DNA of 64,000 nucleotides from positions 2,293-66,292 of the IMG/VR virus record IMGVR_UViG_3300020463_000019; one strand, given 5' to 3'. This stretch comes from a virus. Position numbers and translations under genes: made by a program. Below are positions 62,575 to 64,000 of this stretch, piece after piece (the first letter of the stretch is position 1; each line of letters opens with the position of its first letter). Below the pieces are notes generated by a model that saw only the letters and a list, made by a program, of their open reading frames with translations, did no database searches and was not told the DNA's origin.

Positions 62575-63696
62575 ATGGCTTATCATAGTTTAGATAGTAT
62601 CATAGACATGCATGTAGAAATATCAAATAGATGTAATGCCGCTTGTCCTATGTGTGCTAGAAATGATTTCGGCGGTGCTACTAAGAGTGATCTACAGTTA
62701 GATGAATGGACTACCGCAGATATTGATAGCATCTTTACGGGTGAACATTCAAACTTACAAAACGTTATGTTTTGTGGTACTCATGGTGATCCTTGTGTAG
62801 CAAAGAATAGTTTATATGCAGTAGATACTATCAAGAACAAGTATGATGCTAGTGTAGAGTTCTACTCTAATGCTAGTATGCGAGACAAAGAATGGTGGGC
62901 TAACTTGGGTAGTTTACTCAATAATAAGTATCCGCATCACACGCATTATAGACGTAATGACTTGGCTATCTTTAGTATAGACGGATTAGAAGATACCAAT
63001 CATCTATATAGACGCCGTACAAATTATAAAAAGATAATAGAGAATGCTAGTGCTTTTATAAGTGCTGGTGGTATTGCCCGCTGGGATTTCATAGTGTTTA
63101 AACACAATGAACATCAAGTTGAACAGGCTGAACACATAGCAAGTGAACTAGGATTCAAACAATTTAGAGTGCGTAAGACTAGCCGTTTTGATTATTCACC
63201 GGACGGTCCAGATAAATGGCGAGTAAAAGATAAGAAAGGTAACATAGAATACTACATAGAACCACCCAGTAAAAAATGGCGTAACCCCGAGAGCAACAAA
63301 TTTGTTGCATTAAAAGCGTCCCACGGGAGCATTGAGAACTACTACAATGTTGCACCCATTGAATGTTTATATAAAAATGAATTTAAAAGAATATATGTAA
63401 ATGCATATGCCAAAGTATATCCTTGTTGTTATATAAGTGATGATAGTTATCCACACAAAAATGCCATATATAAAGATACACAGGCTAAGATCTTTTCGCG
63501 TTGGGGCGACGAATTCAACAGTTTAAGAAGCAATAGTTGGCAGGAAATATTGGATCATGAATGGATGAATGAAGAATTAGAACGCAGTTGGGGAACCAAT
63601 CTAGCAGGAGGTAAACTAATGCGTTGTGCTAGAACTTGTGGAAAAGGTTATTCACCAATTAAATCGCAGAGCACGGATACAGTATTAAATGGATAA
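62575..63696 (+). CDS. Radical SAM/SPASM-like enzyme
   Basis: CNAACPMC, CGTHGDP, FSIDGL; YPCC..CARTC. Confidence 0.85.
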   Translation: MAYHSLDSIIDMHVEISNRCNAACPMCARNDFGGATKSDLQLDEWTTADIDSIFTGEHSNLQNVMFCGTHGDPCVAKNSLYAVDTIKNKYDASVEFYSNASMRDKEWWANLGSLLNNKYPHHTHYRRNDLAIFSIDGLEDTNHLYRRRTNYKKIIENASAFISAGGIARWDFIVFKHNEHQVEQAEHIASELGFKQFRVRKTSRFDYSPDGPDKWRVKDKKGNIEYYIEPPSKKWRNPESNKFVALKASHGSIENYYNVAPIECLYKNEFKRIYVNAYAKVYPCCYISDDSYPHKNAIYKDTQAKIFSRWGDEFNSLRSNSWQEILDHEWMNEELERSWGTNLAGGKLMRCARTCGKGYSPIKSQSTDTVLNG

Positions 63697-64000
63697 AGTA
63701 GCAAGTTATTTCAAGTTTAATCCCACTGGAGCATTCAGTGTAGACTGGTATATTGGCAAACGTTGTAACTTCTCATGCAGTTATTGTGTGGACTATTTGC
63801 ATGATAATTACAGTAAACATGTGCCCTTGGAGAATATGAAAGCACTTGCTGATAGTATTATAGACAAGCATGGACACAATGTATTTTGGAGTTTAACTGG
63901 CGGTGAACCCACTATCAATCCCAAGTTCATGGACTTGTGCCGGTATATCAAACATGAACGTGGTGCCAGACATGTTAGTATTACCACAAATGGAACCAGA
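63689..64000 (+). CDS. Radical SAM enzyme, partial (runs off the window; not in ORF track)
   Basis: Translated by hand: MDKVASYF..DWYIGKRCNFSCSYC..LTGGEPT..TTNGTR; same subfamily as 50174. Confidence 0.85.
   Translation, partial: MDKVASYFKFNPTGAFSVDWYIGKRCNFSCSYCVDYLHDNYSKHVPLENMKALADSIIDKHGHNVFWSLTGGEPTINPKFMDLCRYIKHERGARHVSITTNGTR

Noticed and set aside
1-64000. CRISPR array, tRNAs, integrase/transposase, DGR reverse transcriptase
   Set aside because: No regularly spaced repeats, cloverleafs or such motifs were seen by eye; a tRNAscan/CRISPR scan would be definitive.

Overview
AT-rich window, with all credible genes on the + strand, from a large T4-like/jumbo myovirus. Positions ~1-28.4 kb are a late structural operon: hub-like protein, gp5-like spike, PAAR, gp25, gp6, a 4323-aa wedge/receptor protein and fibre proteins, punctuated by T4-type TAAATA late promoter motifs. 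A terminator overlapping a sigma70 promoter at ~28.46-28.51 kb opens a tightly coupled biosynthetic island of at least 35 kb. It holds about 7 glycosyltransferase-like genes, 3 SGNH proteins, a nucleotidyltransferase, cupin, GDPD-like protein, phosphomannomutase and UDP-sugar dehydrogenase. It also holds a form IV RuBisCO-like protein behind a perfect TTGACA-17-TATAAT promoter, a 2OG-Fe(II) oxygenase/DegT aminotransferase/amidinotransferase/carbamoyltransferase block, a methyltransferase, an SDR, a kinase-fold protein and at least 11 radical SAM enzymes (7 in tandem). Near 59.4-60.6 kb lie a Cys-rich peptide and a structured non-coding region with two candidate pseudoknots between duplicated sigma70 promoters. 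The best candidate for an undescribed system is a phage radical-SAM/glycan-tailoring pathway, most plausibly decorating the virion. All family calls come from motifs read by eye, not database searches.
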